Positions 48,791 to 60,203 of a stretch of DNA of 64,000 nt are shown piece after piece (position 1 is the first letter of the stretch; every line of letters starts with the position of its first letter). Below the pieces are notes generated by a model, which saw only the letters and a list, made by a program, of their open reading frames with translations, was not told the DNA's origin and did not search any database. Source of the DNA: Acidimicrobiia bacterium (lineage in GTDB: Bacteria > Actinomycetota > Acidimicrobiia > Spongiisociales > Spongiisociaceae); contig WTGI01000077.1 in the NCBI GenBank assembly GCA_011523635.1, positions 1,006-65,005 of the forward strand, written 5' to 3'. The translations under genes and the position numbers were made by a program.

Positions 48791-48796
48791 GGCGAG

Positions 48797-49831
48797 ATGC
48801 TCCGACCGGTAATCCTGGCGGGAGGATCGGGGACCCGGTTGTGGCCGCTGTCGCGTCCCGAGCATCCCAAACCTCTCGCCCGCCCGGCCGGTGACCGTTC
48901 GATGTTGCAGGAGACCGTCCTACGCGCCGCCCAACTCCGGGATCCGGCGGATCCGATCATCGTGTGCGGTAGGGACCACCACCCGCCCATATCGGACGAT
49001 CTGGCAGAGATCGGTGTGAACCGTTTCCGAGCGGTGCTGGAGCCGGTGGGGCGCAACACGGCCCCCGCCGCAGCCGCCGCGGCGTTGCTGTCCGCGGCGG
49101 ACGACCTGCTGCTGGTGCTCCCGGCCGACCATGCCGTCGAGAACACCGATGCCTTCGTCGAGGTGGTGGAGGGGGCCATGGCCGCCGCCCGGGCCGGCTG
49201 GCTGGTCACCTTCGGGGTCACGCCGGACCGGCCCGAGACCGGATACGGCTACATCGAGCACGGCTCGGCCATCGCGGGCCATCCGGGCGTGGTCCGGATC
49301 GCCTCGTTCCGGGAGAAGCCCGATAGTCCCACCGCCCGCCGATACCTCGACTCGGGTCGCTACTCGTGGAACTCCGGCATGTTCCTGTTCCGGGCAGCCA
49401 CCTTCATCGAGGAGTTGGCTTCGGCGAGTCCCCGCATGATCCGCCAGGTCCGGGCCGCGCTCGGCGACGAGGGCGACGATGGTCCGGTCGTGCTGGAGGA
49501 GCAGGCCTTCACGGCCTGTCCCGAAGGCTCCATAGACCGGACCGTGATGGAACAGACCCGGCGCGGCGCCATGGCGCCCCTCGAGGCGGGGTGGTCCGAC
49601 CTGGGGTCATGGGCCGCTCTATGGGCGCATGCAAGCCGTGACCGGCACGGGAACGTGGTGGCCGGGCCCGCCGAGGTGCGCTCCGTCTCGTCCAGCTACG
49701 TATCCGCCGGGGAGCGGCCCGTCCTCGTACTCGGCCTCGACAAGGTCATCGTGGTGGACACGGGGGACGCGGTCCTCGTGGCAACCATGGACCATGCCCA
49801 GGAAGTCAAGCCTCCGGAGAGAGCTCGTTAG
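48797..49831 (+). CDS. mannose-1-phosphate guanylyltransferase (GDP-mannose pyrophosphorylase)
   Basis: NTP-transferase N-terminus ILAGGSGTRLWPLS, then ManC-like body. Confidence 0.8.
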   Translation: MLRPVILAGGSGTRLWPLSRPEHPKPLARPAGDRSMLQETVLRAAQLRDPADPIIVCGRDHHPPISDDLAEIGVNRFRAVLEPVGRNTAPAAAAAALLSAADDLLLVLPADHAVENTDAFVEVVEGAMAAARAGWLVTFGVTPDRPETGYGYIEHGSAIAGHPGVVRIASFREKPDSPTARRYLDSGRYSWNSGMFLFRAATFIEELASASPRMIRQVRAALGDEGDDGPVVLEEQAFTACPEGSIDRTVMEQTRRGAMAPLEAGWSDLGSWAALWAHASRDRHGNVVAGPAEVRSVSSSYVSAGERPVLVLGLDKVIVVDTGDAVLVATMDHAQEVKPPERAR

Positions 49832-49864
49832 TCGTTAGTGGTTAGAACTAGCAACTAGCAACTA
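49826..49864. repeat. GTTAG / AACTAGC short tandem repeats between convergent manC-like and rpoC genes
   Basis: cgttagtcgttagtggttagaactagcaactagcaacta. Confidence 0.7.
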
Positions 49865-52800
49865 ATCAACAGGATCGCTGGTAACGAGACCCTCTTCGGG
49901 TTCGCGGAAGCCGATTCCGGTGCCGGTGTCCCCGTGTTCGGCCAACTCCCCGTTCGGCTCGCCCTCCTCGCCCGGCATCTGGAGGGATGCCAACCAGTCG
50001 GCGCCGAGGTTCGACGGGAGCACGCTCGCCTCGGGAAGGTCCGGCTGGATGGACTGGTACCGGGTGGCTCCCGTTCCCGCCGGGATCAGCTTGCCGATGA
50101 TCACGTTCTCCTTGAGACCCCGCAGGTGATCCGAGCGACCGTTGATGGCCGCCTCCGTCAGGACCCGGGTGGTCTCCTGGAACGAGGCCGCCGACAGCCA
50201 CGAGTCCGTGGCCAGCGACGCCTTGGTGATTCCCATCAACTCGGGACGTCCCTCGGCAGGTTGGCGGCCCTCGGCGACGAGACGGCGGTTCTCCTCACGG
50301 AACTCCCCGTAGTCGACCAGTTGGAGGGGCAGGAAGTCCGAGTCGTTCGAGCGGGCTACCCGAACCCTGCGCAACATCTGGCGCACGATTAGCTCGATGT
50401 GCTTGTCGTGGATGTCGACACCCTGGTTCCGGTAGACCTCCTGAACCTGCTCCACCAGGTATTGCTGGCAGGCCCTCACCCCCTGGATGTCGCACACTTC
50501 CTTGGGATCGAGCGGGCCCTCGGTCAGCGGAGTACCCGGCGCGATCTCCTGGTTGTTGCGAACCGTGAGGCGGGCGCGGCGGGAAACCTCGTACTGGGTC
50601 TCCCCTTCCGAGGACTCGATCACGATGGCCCGTCCGCCATCGTCCGTCTCTTCGATCCGGACCCGGCCGCCGACCTCGGAGAGCACCGCCTTCCCCTTTG
50701 GAGACCGGGCTTCGAAGAGTTCGACCACCCTGGGCAGGCCGTGGGTGATGTCCTGGCCGGCCACGCCACCGGTGTGGAACGTGCGCATGGTCAGCTGCGT
50801 TCCCGGCTCGCCGATCGACTGGGCGGCCATGATCCCGACCGCCTCGCCGGGCTCGACCATCCGGCCCGTGGCCATGCTCAGCCCGTAAGAGGCCTGGCTT
50901 ATCCCGTGGGGGATCTCGTCGGTCAGGGGCGACCGCACCCGTACGCTCAGAACCTCCGACGCGGCCTCCAGGGCGACCATGGCGTAACGGTCGAGCACCT
51001 CCCCGGCCACCAGCTCGCGCCCGTCCTTGGTCACCACCGGCTCGTCGTCGACCAGCACGTCGTCTACGAGTACCCGTCCGTAAACACGGTTCCGCAGGTT
51101 GGGGATCAGGCGCCACTCCTTGCCTTCCATGACCCTGATGGGAATGCGGATACCCCGATCCTCCGACTCCTCCTCCTGCACGATGATCTCCTGGGAGACA
51201 TCGACCAGGCGCCGAGTCAGGTAACCCGAGTCGGCAGTCCGCAGGGCGGTGTCGGCCAGGCCCTTCCGGGCACCGTGGGTGGAGATGAAGTACTCCAGCA
51301 CGGTCAGGCCCTCAAGGAAGTTGGCCTTGATCGGGCGGGGGATGATGTCACCCTTGGGGTTGGCGACCAGGCCGCGCATGCCGGCGATCTGGCGGACCTG
51401 CATCCTGTTGCCCCGGGCGCCCGACTTCACCATCATGTCGATCGGGTTGAAGTCGTCGCTGGCCAGGGTCTTCTCCATGGAGGCGGTCACCTCCTCGGTG
51501 GCCTCGGTCCAAATCTCGATCAGCTCCTGGTGGAGTTCGTCCTGGGTAATGATGCCGCGCTGGTACTGGCGATCCTGCGCGTCAGCCTTCTTCTGGTGCT
51601 TGTTGAGGATCCGCTGCTTGTCACGGGGTGCCCGAACGTCGCGGAGCCCCATGGTCAGCCCGGACCTCGTCGAGTAGTCGAATCCCAACTCCTTGAGCCC
51701 GTCCAGGGTTCGCTGCACCACGTTCTTCCCGTATCGCTCGATGATCTCGGCGATCAGCACCTTGAGGTCGCCCTTCAGCACCACGGCATCGAGTACCGGG
51801 AAGTTCTCGGGCATGGCCTGGTTGAGCAGCGTCCGCCCGAGGGTGGTCTCGAACAGCCCGCTCCCGTCCACCGGCGTCTCGGTGATGAGGTTCGGGATGA
51901 AATCGACCAGTTCGGCATGTAGGTCCGGATCGCCGGCCATCTCGCCCAAGCGCAGCTTGATCGGGGCGTGCAGGGATATCTCGCCCAGGTCGTAGGCCAT
52001 CAGGGCTTCGTCCGGGTCGGCAAACACCCGGCCCGCCCCCTTGGCGTCCTCCACTTTCTCGGACAGGTAGTAGATACCGATCACCATGTCCTGGGACGGC
52101 GCCACGATCGGGTAACCGCTGGCCGGGGAGAGGACGTTGTTGGTGGAGAGCATCAGGATCCGGGCCTCCGCCTGAGCCTCGGCCGACAGCGGCAGGTGGA
52201 CCGCCATCTGGTCGCCATCGAAGTCGGCGTTGAACGCCTCGCACACCAGGGGGTGTATCTGGATGGCCTTACCCTCGACCAGGATGGGCTCGAAGGCCTG
52301 GATACCCAACCTGTGCAGCGTGGGGGCGCGGTTCAGCAGCACCGGGTGCTCCTGGATCACCTCTTTGAGCACGTCCCAGACCTGGGGACGCCGCCGCTCC
52401 ACCATGCGCTTGGCGGACTTGATGTTCTGGGCGATGTCCCGATCGACCAGTCGCTTCATGACGAAAGGCTTGAACAGCTCCAGGGCCATGACCTTGGGCA
52501 GACCGCACTGATGGAGCTTCAGCTGGGGCCCCACCACGATCACCGAGCGCCCCGAGTAGTCCACCCGCTTACCCAGCAGGTTCTGACGGAAACGACCCTG
52601 CTTACCCTTCAGCATGTCGGTCAGGGACTTGAGAGGCCGGTTGCCCTGGCCGGTGACAGCCTTGCCCCGCCGACCGTTGTCGAACAGGGCGTCCACCGCT
52701 TCCTGGAGCATGCGCTTCTCGTTGTTGACGATGATCTCGGGAGCGTTCAGATCGAGGAGTCGCTTCAGCCGGTTGTTGCGGTTGATGACCCGCCGGTAGA

Positions 52801-53812
52801 GATCGTTGAGATCGGACGTGGCGAACCGGCCGCCGTCCAACTGGACCATCGGGCGGAGATCGGGCGGGATCACCGGCACCGACTCCACGATCATGCTCCG
52901 CGGAGCGTGCTTGCCCTCCCAGAAGGGCTTCACCACTTTGATCCGCTGGGTGGCCCGGTGGCGGCGCTGGGCGGAGGTGGCCACCAGGTTCTCGCGCAGC
53001 ATGGCCATCTCGGCATCCAGGTCGATCCGCCGGAGCAGGGCCTTGACCGCCTCGGCGCCCATGCCTCCCGAGAAATAGTCCGAGTACTGGTCATCGAGCA
53101 TCCGCCAGAGCTGCTCCGACTCCACCAGCATCTTGGGCTTCAGGCTGCGGAAGGTCTCGAAGGCCTCCCGGTAGAGATCGCACTCCCGTTCGCACCGGTC
53201 CTGGCGGTCGGCGATCTCACGCTCTACGTCGCGCCGCCGCGCCGTGATCTCCTGGGGCTTGGCGCCCCCCTCCTCCATGCGCCGGATCTCTTCCTCGTGT
53301 CGCGCCAGACGGTTGTCCCGCCACTCCTCGAAGTCCTCGCGCTCCAGATCGATCTGGACCTCCATGCGGGCCTCCAGATCGGGCAGCTCGGACAGACGCT
53401 TCCTCTCGTCGAGTTCGGTGACCACGTAGGAGGCGAAGTAGATGACCTTCTCGAGTTCCTTGGGGGACATGTCGAGCAGGTAGCCGAGGCGCGAGGGAAC
53501 GCCCTTGAAGAACCAGATGTGGGTGACCGGAGCGGCCAACTCGATGTGGCCCATGCGCTCACGGCGCACCTTGCTCCGGGTCACCTCGACGTTGCACTTC
53601 TCGCAGGTGATGCCCCGGTAACGGATGCGCTTGTACTTGCCGCAGGCGCATTCCCAGTCCTTCTGGGGACCGAAGATGCGCTCGTCGAACAGGCCTTCCT
53701 TCTCGGGCTTGAGAGTCCGGTAGTTGATGGTCTCCGGCTTCTTCACCTCCCCGAACGACCAGGAACGGATCTGTTCGGGCGAGGCCAGACCGATCTTGAG
53801 CTCGTCGAACAC
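49862..53812 (-). CDS. rpoC: DNA-directed RNA polymerase subunit beta'
   Basis: Zinc-binding [19 protein letters not shown] and NADFDGD catalytic motif. Start chosen at GTG 53812 ([10 protein letters not shown]); the upstream in-frame extension is judged spurious. Confidence 0.95.
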   Translation of the reverse strand: MFDELKIGLASPEQIRSWSFGEVKKPETINYRTLKPEKEGLFDERIFGPQKDWECACGKYKRIRYRGITCEKCNVEVTRSKVRRERMGHIELAAPVTHIWFFKGVPSRLGYLLDMSPKELEKVIYFASYVVTELDERKRLSELPDLEARMEVQIDLEREDFEEWRDNRLARHEEEIRRMEEGGAKPQEITARRRDVEREIADRQDRCERECDLYREAFETFRSLKPKMLVESEQLWRMLDDQYSDYFSGGMGAEAVKALLRRIDLDAEMAMLRENLVATSAQRRHRATQRIKVVKPFWEGKHAPRSMIVESVPVIPPDLRPMVQLDGGRFATSDLNDLYRRVINRNNRLKRLLDLNAPEIIVNNEKRMLQEAVDALFDNGRRGKAVTGQGNRPLKSLTDMLKGKQGRFRQNLLGKRVDYSGRSVIVVGPQLKLHQCGLPKVMALELFKPFVMKRLVDRDIAQNIKSAKRMVERRRPQVWDVLKEVIQEHPVLLNRAPTLHRLGIQAFEPILVEGKAIQIHPLVCEAFNADFDGDQMAVHLPLSAEAQAEARILMLSTNNVLSPASGYPIVAPSQDMVIGIYYLSEKVEDAKGAGRVFADPDEALMAYDLGEISLHAPIKLRLGEMAGDPDLHAELVDFIPNLITETPVDGSGLFETTLGRTLLNQAMPENFPVLDAVVLKGDLKVLIAEIIERYGKNVVQRTLDGLKELGFDYSTRSGLTMGLRDVRAPRDKQRILNKHQKKADAQDRQYQRGIITQDELHQELIEIWTEATEEVTASMEKTLASDDFNPIDMMVKSGARGNRMQVRQIAGMRGLVANPKGDIIPRPIKANFLEGLTVLEYFISTHGARKGLADTALRTADSGYLTRRLVDVSQEIIVQEEESEDRGIRIPIRVMEGKEWRLIPNLRNRVYGRVLVDDVLVDDEPVVTKDGRELVAGEVLDRYAMVALEAASEVLSVRVRSPLTDEIPHGISQASYGLSMATGRMVEPGEAVGIMAAQSIGEPGTQLTMRTFHTGGVAGQDITHGLPRVVELFEARSPKGKAVLSEVGGRVRIEETDDGGRAIVIESSEGETQYEVSRRARLTVRNNQEIAPGTPLTEGPLDPKEVCDIQGVRACQQYLVEQVQEVYRNQGVDIHDKHIELIVRQMLRRVRVARSNDSDFLPLQLVDYGEFREENRRLVAEGRQPAEGRPELMGITKASLATDSWLSAASFQETTRVLTEAAINGRSDHLRGLKENVIIGKLIPAGTGATRYQSIQPDLPEASVLPSNLGADWLASLQMPGEEGEPNGELAEHGDTGTGIGFREPEEGLVTSDPVD

Positions 53813-53895
53813 ATCCCTCGTGGGCGCGCTGGAGGAAGCCTGGTAGCTCCCGTACGTACTGAACCGGTCAGGTGTTTGACCCCAATCCACGCTTA

Positions 53896-56800
53896 TCAAC
53901 CTTCTTCCCTGCGCTCCGGACGCGACAGATCGATTCCGAGCGACTCCGACGTGCGGTAGAGGTCCTCGTCCAGGTCTCTGAACTGGACCTCCTCCCCCGC
54001 CGACAGCAGCTCTACGTTGAGACACAGGCTCTGCATCTCTTTGATTAGCACCTTGAAGGATTCCGGAATCCCCGGTTCGGGTATGTTGTCGCCCTTCACG
54101 ATCGACTCGTAGACCTTGACCCGACCCAGGACATCGTCTGACTTGATGGTCAGCAACTCCTGGAGCGCGTAGGCGGCGCCGTAGGCCTCGAGGGCCCACA
54201 CCTCCATCTCCCCGAAGCGCTGGCCACCGAACTGCGCCTTACCACCCAGCGGCTGCTGGGTGATCATCGAGTAGGGACCGGTCGAACGGGCATGGAGCTT
54301 GTCGTCCACCAGGTGGACCAGCTTGAGGATGTAGAGGTATCCAACCGTGATGGTGGTGTCGAAGGGCCGCCCGGTACGACCGTCGTAGAGAACCGCCTTG
54401 CCGTCGTCGCCCACCAGGCGCATCCCGTCCCGGTTGGGGAGGCTGTTGGCGATGACGTCCCGTATCTCGCTCTGGCGGGCGCCGTCGAACACGGGCGTGG
54501 CCACGGGAGATCGGGGCGGCCTGCCCTCCGCCGCCGGGGTCGCGCTCTTGAATGGGCGCCATCCCTGAGCGGCGGCCCAGCCGAGATGCGTCTCCAGCAC
54601 CTGGCCGAGGTTCATCCGGGATGGAACACCCAGCGGCGAGAGCACGATGTCGATGGGGGTTCCGTCCGCCAGGAACGGCATGTCCTCCTCCGGGAGGATC
54701 TTGGCGATCACGCCCTTGTTGCCGTGCCGGCCGGCGAGCTTGTCCCCTTCGGAGATCTTGCGCTGGCTGGCCACGCACACCCGCACCAGCTCGTTGACTC
54801 CGGGCTGGAGATCGTCGTAGCCCTCCGCCCTCCGGTAGACGCGTACGTCGATCACCTTGCCGGACTCACCGTGGGGAACCTTGAGGGAGGAGTCCCTGAC
54901 CTCGCGGGCCTTCTCGCCGAAGATGGCCCGGAGCAGCCGCTCCTCGGGGGTCATCTCGGTCTCGCCCTTGGGAGTCACCTTGCCGACCAGGTAGTCACCC
55001 GGGCCCACGTTGGCGCCCACCCGGATAACGCCCTCGTCGTCGAGGTCCTTGAGCACCTCTTCCGCCACGTTCGGAATATCACGGGTGATCTCCTCGGCGC
55101 CCAGCTTGGTATCGCGAGCGTCGACCTCGTACTCCTCGATGTGGATCGAGGTCAGCACGTCGTTCTTCACCAGCCGCTCGCTGAGGACCACGGCGTCCTC
55201 GAAGTTGTGGCCCTTCCACGGCATGAAGGCGGCCAGCAGATTCTTGCCCAGCGCCAACTCACCCGCCTCGGTGGAGGGCCCGTCAGCGATCACGGTCCCG
55301 GCCGCCACCTCATCACCGATGTCCACCACCGGCTTCTGGTTGATCGAGGTGCCCTGGTTCGAGCGCTCGAACTTGCGCAGCCGGTAGCGATGCTCCTCAT
55401 CGGAGCCGTTTTCGACGATCACGATCTCCTTGCCGTTGATGGACGTCACCACGCCCGCCACCTCGGAGGTGATCAGGTCGCCGGAATCCTGTGCCGCGCG
55501 GGCCTCCACGCCGGTGCCCACCAGAGGGGCCTCGGCCTGGAGAAGGGGCACCGCCTGGCGTTGCATGTTGGAGCCCATGAGCGCCCGGTTGGCGTCGTCG
55601 TGCTCAAGGAACGGGATCAGGGAGGTGGCCACCGAGACGATCTGCTTGGGTGATATGTCCATGTAGTCCACGTCTCGGGGCGGCACCCGGTCGATCTCGC
55701 CGCCGGCCCGGCGGACCAGAACCCGGTCACGAACGAAGGTGCCGTCCGGGTTCAACTCCGAGTTGGCCTGGGCGATCACGAAACGTTCCTCCTCCGATGC
55801 CGTCAGGTGCTTGGTGACATCGGTCACCCGGCCGTCCCTGACCTCGCGGTAGGGGGTCTCGATGAAGCCGAACCGGTTGACCCTGGCGTAGCTGGCGAGG
55901 GACCCGATCAACCCGATGTTGGGACCTTCGGGGGTCTCGATGGGGCACATGCGCCCGTAGTGGGAGGGATGGACGTCCCGGACCTCGAAGCCTGCCCGCT
56001 CCCGCGACACACCGCCCGGACCCAGCGCCGACAGGCGCCTCCGGTGGGTGAGCCCGGCCAACGGGTTGGGCTGGTCCATGAACTGGCTGAGCTGGCTGGA
56101 TCCGAAGAACTCCTTGATGGAACCCACCACCGGCCGGATATTGATGAGCGAGGTGGGCGTGATGGAGTCCGGGTCCTGGGTCGACATCCGCTCCCTGACC
56201 TGGCGTTCCATCCGGCTCAGACCCACCCGGATCTGGTTCTGAACCAGCTCCCCGACCGTCCGTACCCGGCGGTTTCCGAAGTGGTCCGTGTCGTCGGTAC
56301 GGACCACCACGTCGTTACCGGCCCGGGTGGTCATGGTGTCCTTCCCCTGCTGGAGGTGGATCAGGTACCGGATGGTGTCGATGAAGTCGTCCGGGGTGAA
56401 GAGACCGTTCTCGGATGGGTGTCCCTCCGGGTTCTCGAACTTCTGGTTGACCTTGTAGCGGCCCACCTCGGTGAGGTCGTAACGCTTCGAGTTGAAGAAG
56501 ATGGAGCCGATCAGGCCCTTGGCGGAGTCCAGGGTGGTCGGCTCACCCGGACGCTGCTTGCGGTAGAAGTCGAGCATGGCCTCCTCGACCTTCCTGTCCT
56601 CGGAGACATTGCTCACCGGGTCCTTGTCCAGGGTGTTGGCGATGACATCCGCGTCATGGAACAGGCGGAGTATCTCGTCATCGGTCTCGGCGATGCCCAG
56701 CGCCCTCACGAACGACGTGATGTACTGGCGCCGCTTGCGATCCACCCGCACGCCGACCGTGTCGCGCTTGTCGATGTCGAACTGCATCCAGGCGCCCTGC

Positions 56801-57282
56801 CCGGGTATCACCTTGGCGCCGTACACGTCCTTGTCGGAGGCCTTGTCGACCGAGTGGTCGAAGTACACGCCGGGAGATCGCACCAGCTGGCTCACCACCA
56901 CCCGCTCGGTGCCGTTGATGATGAAGGTGCCGTTGCGGGTCATCATCGGGAAGTCGCCGAGGAACACCCTCTGTTCCTTGATCTCCCCGGTGTTGCGGTT
57001 CACGAACCGGGCGATCACGTGAAGGGGCTTGGAGTAGCTCGTGTCTCGCTCCTTCGCCTCCTCCTCGGTCATCAGCGGCTCTCCGAAGTAGTGATCGCTG
57101 AGGTCGAGAGCGAGCTGCCCGCCGAAGTCCTCGATGGGTGAGAGCTGCTGGAAGATCCGGCTGAGGCCTTCTTCGAGGAACCAGTTGAAGGATTCTCGCT
57201 GGACCGCGATGAGGTCGGGCAGGGGGCTGACCTCGGGGATCTTCGAGAAGGACAGTCGATCAACAGCAGGGGCTATGGCCAA
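53896..57282 (-). CDS. rpoB: DNA-directed RNA polymerase subunit beta
   Basis: Full-length beta subunit with conserved rifampicin-cluster and catalytic regions. TTG start at 57282. Confidence 0.95.
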   Translation of the reverse strand: MAIAPAVDRLSFSKIPEVSPLPDLIAVQRESFNWFLEEGLSRIFQQLSPIEDFGGQLALDLSDHYFGEPLMTEEEAKERDTSYSKPLHVIARFVNRNTGEIKEQRVFLGDFPMMTRNGTFIINGTERVVVSQLVRSPGVYFDHSVDKASDKDVYGAKVIPGQGAWMQFDIDKRDTVGVRVDRKRRQYITSFVRALGIAETDDEILRLFHDADVIANTLDKDPVSNVSEDRKVEEAMLDFYRKQRPGEPTTLDSAKGLIGSIFFNSKRYDLTEVGRYKVNQKFENPEGHPSENGLFTPDDFIDTIRYLIHLQQGKDTMTTRAGNDVVVRTDDTDHFGNRRVRTVGELVQNQIRVGLSRMERQVRERMSTQDPDSITPTSLINIRPVVGSIKEFFGSSQLSQFMDQPNPLAGLTHRRRLSALGPGGVSRERAGFEVRDVHPSHYGRMCPIETPEGPNIGLIGSLASYARVNRFGFIETPYREVRDGRVTDVTKHLTASEEERFVIAQANSELNPDGTFVRDRVLVRRAGGEIDRVPPRDVDYMDISPKQIVSVATSLIPFLEHDDANRALMGSNMQRQAVPLLQAEAPLVGTGVEARAAQDSGDLITSEVAGVVTSINGKEIVIVENGSDEEHRYRLRKFERSNQGTSINQKPVVDIGDEVAAGTVIADGPSTEAGELALGKNLLAAFMPWKGHNFEDAVVLSERLVKNDVLTSIHIEEYEVDARDTKLGAEEITRDIPNVAEEVLKDLDDEGVIRVGANVGPGDYLVGKVTPKGETEMTPEERLLRAIFGEKAREVRDSSLKVPHGESGKVIDVRVYRRAEGYDDLQPGVNELVRVCVASQRKISEGDKLAGRHGNKGVIAKILPEEDMPFLADGTPIDIVLSPLGVPSRMNLGQVLETHLGWAAAQGWRPFKSATPAAEGRPPRSPVATPVFDGARQSEIRDVIANSLPNRDGMRLVGDDGKAVLYDGRTGRPFDTTITVGYLYILKLVHLVDDKLHARSTGPYSMITQQPLGGKAQFGGQRFGEMEVWALEAYGAAYALQELLTIKSDDVLGRVKVYESIVKGDNIPEPGIPESFKVLIKEMQSLCLNVELLSAGEEVQFRDLDEDLYRTSESLGIDLSRPERREEG

Positions 57283-57614
57283 AGCTTCCTCCTAATAGAC
57301 ACCCAACCGGTAACACCGGCCGGCTCGAACTCAATTGACCCGGTACATCCGTGTTCCGACGCCACTCCGGACACGAACAATCACCATGCTCTCCGAATAT
57401 CGGTCGCCATCAGGCGGGATGTGTGAAGGTACGCGCGCTCTCCCGACACCATAGGGCACAGCAAACCGGCAGTTTAGCACGCGGCAAAACCCGCCTAAAC
57501 CCGAAGCCTTAGGCGGAAGTCAACTCCTATCGACGGACTCCCCGTCGCTGCACCCTACGGGCTATGCCGTCCACTCCGCGGTGATGTTAACGAGAGACCC
57601 GAGCAACCGCCAGT

Positions 57615-57708
57615 CTTAGTTGCTAGTTTCTAGTTTCTCGTCTGGAGTTTATTGTCACCCAATATATCCTACTAAAGCGCGAATAGTGACTAGCAACTAG
57701 AAACTACC
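57615..57708. repeat. inverted repeat (11-bp perfect arms tagttgctagt / actagcaacta, ~60-nt spacer) in the rplL-rpoB leader; the right arm overlaps the rplL stop codon
   Basis: cttagttgctagtttctagtttc at 57615-57637 and gactagcaactagaaactacc at 57688-57708. Same CTAG heptamer family as 36896, 42118 and 49846. Confidence 0.6.
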
Positions 57709-58090
57709 GGATCTCGACTGAGCCTCCGACCGCCTCGATTTTCTCCTTGGCGGCGTTGGCCTCCTCCTTGGAGACGGCCTCAAGAACGGTGCTGGGTAGG
57801 CCGTCCACCACCGCCTTGGCCTCCTTGAGCCCGAGACTGGTCATGGCCCGGACTTCCTTGATGACCTGGATCTTCTTCTCGCCGGACCCGGTGAGCACCA
57901 CGTCGAACTCCGTCTGCTCCTCGGCGGGCGCCTCGGCGCCGGCGCCGTCCCCGGCCGCCACCGCCATCGCCATCGGGGCTGCCGCGGTCACGTCGAAGTG
58001 CTCCTCGAAGGCGTCGAGGAACTCCTTGAGCTCGAGGACCGTCATCTCCTCGAACACACCCAACAGTTCTTCAGTCGTCATGCTGGCCAT
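57704..58090 (-). CDS. rplL: 50S ribosomal protein L7/L12
   Basis: [24 protein letters not shown]...Ala-rich hinge...[11 protein letters not shown]... Start ATG 58090 with AGGAGG 6 nt upstream. Confidence 0.9.
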   Translation of the reverse strand: MASMTTEELLGVFEEMTVLELKEFLDAFEEHFDVTAAAPMAMAVAAGDGAGAEAPAEEQTEFDVVLTGSGEKKIQVIKEVRAMTSLGLKEAKAVVDGLPSTVLEAVSKEEANAAKEKIEAVGGSVEIR

Positions 58091-58156
58091 TGCCATCCTC
58101 CTAGATTCCGTTCTTTCGGCCGGTGCGGGCACCGGTGGCCGGGCCTGGGATCGGCC

Positions 58157-58678
58157 CTATCCGTCTTCCTTTTTTTCGAGCAACTGCGAGAACACCGAGG
58201 CTGCGTTCCTCGTAAAGGAACCCATCAACGAGGCGGCTCTGGTCAGGGGCGCGTTGAATGCCCCGGCGACCTTGGCGAGCAGCACATCCCGGCTGTCCAG
58301 GGTGGCGAGGCGCGCCACCTGATCGGGCCCGATGGCCCGGCCGTCGAGCATGCCGGCCTTGATGACCAGGCCTTCGTGGTCCCGGCTGAAGGCGACCAGT
58401 GCCTTGGCGGCCAGTACCGGATCGTCCTCGACGAACGCCACGGCGGTCGGTCCTGTGAGCCACTCATCGAGGTCGGCGTGGCCGAGATCGTGGAGGGCTC
58501 GCTTGGTGAGCGTCATCTTCAGGACCCGGTATCGTGCCCCGGCTTCCTTGAGACTCCGGCGAAGCTCCTGCTGGTCCGCCACCGGCAGGCTGCGGTACTC
58601 GGTCAGGAACGATGAGGACGAGGCCGAGAAGTAACCCTTGATGTCTTCAACAGCCCGGACCTTGTCGGGTCGTGGCAT
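58157..58678 (-). CDS. rplJ: 50S ribosomal protein L10
   Basis: L10 fold ...KVRAVEDIKGYFSASSSSFLTEYRSLPVADQQELRR.... Start ATG 58678. Confidence 0.9.
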   Translation of the reverse strand: MPRPDKVRAVEDIKGYFSASSSSFLTEYRSLPVADQQELRRSLKEAGARYRVLKMTLTKRALHDLGHADLDEWLTGPTAVAFVEDDPVLAAKALVAFSRDHEGLVIKAGMLDGRAIGPDQVARLATLDSRDVLLAKVAGAFNAPLTRAASLMGSFTRNAASVFSQLLEKKEDG

Positions 58679-58930
58679 GAGTTCCTCCGCTGGATTGCGG
58701 GTCGCGGGCCGTCCCACGACTTTGCTGGCGGTCGGCCGCACGCGCCGGAATGGCGCACAGGGACAGCAAGGAGGAACCGAGACGGATGCCTCGATCCGAC
58801 CTCGGCAGGCGAATCCTCCCGGATTGCTTTACACCCGTGACGGGTACCGGCTGTCTACGGCCAAACGTTCCCGGCTCTGAGCCGGGAAACCGGCGGCAGT
58901 GTAGCGGCCACGCCGGCTTGACGCCAGTCT
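58679..58930 (-). promoter_or_regulatory. rplA-rplJ intergenic region / L10 leader (structured 5'UTR) with hairpin cccggctctgagccggg at 58871-58889 just after the rplA stop
   Basis: 252-nt non-coding gap in the position of the conserved L10(L12) autoregulatory leader. GC hairpin read directly. Confidence 0.4.
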
Positions 58931-59638
58931 CTAAGCCGCCAGGCGGTCCACCTTCGACACGTCCACCCTGATCCCGGGACCCATGGTGGCGGAGATGGAC
59001 AGTCCCTTCAGATAGGTGCCTTTGGAAGCGGCCGGCTTCACCCGCAACAGCTCGGAGACCAGGGAGATCAGGTTGTCGTGAAGGAGCGCTTCGTCAAAGG
59101 AGGCCTTGCCGATGGGAGCGGCCACGTTGCCATAGCGATCGTTGCGGTACTCGATCTTGCCGGCCTTGAACTCCCCGACCGTCCGAGCCAGGTCTCGGGT
59201 GATGGTCCCGGCCTTCGGGTTGGGCATCAGGCCCCGAGGTCCCAGGATCCTTCCGAGGCGACCCACCTTCGGCATCATGTCCGGCGAGGCGATGGCCACG
59301 TCGAAGGTTATGTCCCCGCCCGAGGCGATGGACTCGATCAGTTCGTCGCCACCGACCACCTCGGCTCCCGCCTCCTCGGCCTCGGTGGCCAGGTCACCGA
59401 CCGCGAACACGCCGACGCGAACTGCCTTGCCCGTTCCGTGGGGGAGCACCACCGTGCCCCGTACCAGCTGGTCGGCCCTGCGGGGATCGATCCCCAGCTT
59501 CATCACCGCCTCGATGGTCTCGTCGAAGCGGGCGGCGGCGGAAGCCTTCACCATGCGCACTGCCTCGAGCGGCTCGTAATGGTGATACTTGTCGTATGCG
59601 GCGGAGAGCCGGTCGTAGCGCTTGCCCCTGCTAGACAT
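58931..59638 (-). CDS. rplA: 50S ribosomal protein L1
   Basis: ...KRYDRLSAAYDKYHHYEPLEAVRMVK...LPHGTGKAVRVGVFA... Start ATG 59638. Confidence 0.9.
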   Translation of the reverse strand: MSSRGKRYDRLSAAYDKYHHYEPLEAVRMVKASAAARFDETIEAVMKLGIDPRRADQLVRGTVVLPHGTGKAVRVGVFAVGDLATEAEEAGAEVVGGDELIESIASGGDITFDVAIASPDMMPKVGRLGRILGPRGLMPNPKAGTITRDLARTVGEFKAGKIEYRNDRYGNVAAPIGKASFDEALLHDNLISLVSELLRVKPAASKGTYLKGLSISATMGPGIRVDVSKVDRLAA

Positions 59639-59711
59639 AGGGTTCCTCCTTGTGGTCATAGCGAGCCACCCTCGCGGTGGCTCTCCCATCGGTGTTCGGT
59701 TGTCGTAGTGG

Positions 59712-60140
59712 TCAGTCGGAGACGATGATTCCCATCGACCGGGCGGTGCCGGCCACGATGTTCATGGCGGCCTCGATCTCGTCCGTGTTCAGGTCGGGAA
59801 GCTTGGTCTCGGCAATCCGCCTGATCTGGTCCCTGGACAAGGTGGCAACCTTCTCCCGGTGCGGCTCCGCCGAGCCCTTCTCCACCCGAGCGGCCTGCCG
59901 GAGCAAGACCGCCGTGGGAGGTGACTTGGTGACGAAGCTGAACGACCGATCGGTGTAGATGGTGATCTCGGCCGGAACGATGGTGCCCACCTGGGCCCGG
60001 GTGGCATCGTTGTAGGACTTGACGAACTCCATGATGTTGATGCCGTACTGGCCCAGGGCGGGCCCGACGGGCGGCGCCGGGCTCGCCTCGCCGGCCGGGA
60101 TCTGAACCTTCAGGATGGCTGCAACCCTTTTTCTGCCCAT
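59712..60140 (-). CDS. rplK: 50S ribosomal protein L11
   Basis: ...[39 protein letters not shown]... typical L11. Confidence 0.9.
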   Translation of the reverse strand: MGRKRVAAILKVQIPAGEASPAPPVGPALGQYGINIMEFVKSYNDATRAQVGTIVPAEITIYTDRSFSFVTKSPPTAVLLRQAARVEKGSAEPHREKVATLSRDQIRRIAETKLPDLNTDEIEAAMNIVAGTARSMGIIVSD

Positions 60141-60203
60141 GGTCGGTCTGTCCTTCGTATCTCTCGTCTTGGCGGTCCGGTCTCGGTCCGGATGGTCGTG
60201 GCG

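Noticed and set aside
38397-57141. Long plus-strand ORFs antisense to dnaJ, dnaK, rpoC and rpoB (e.g. 38397-39425, 40394-41854, 50399-51922, 51968-53959, 54292-55653, 55807-57141)
   Set aside because: They fully overlap highly conserved housekeeping genes on the opposite strand and translate to Arg/Gly/Pro/His-rich low-complexity sequence. Open frames are expected by chance in >65% GC DNA.
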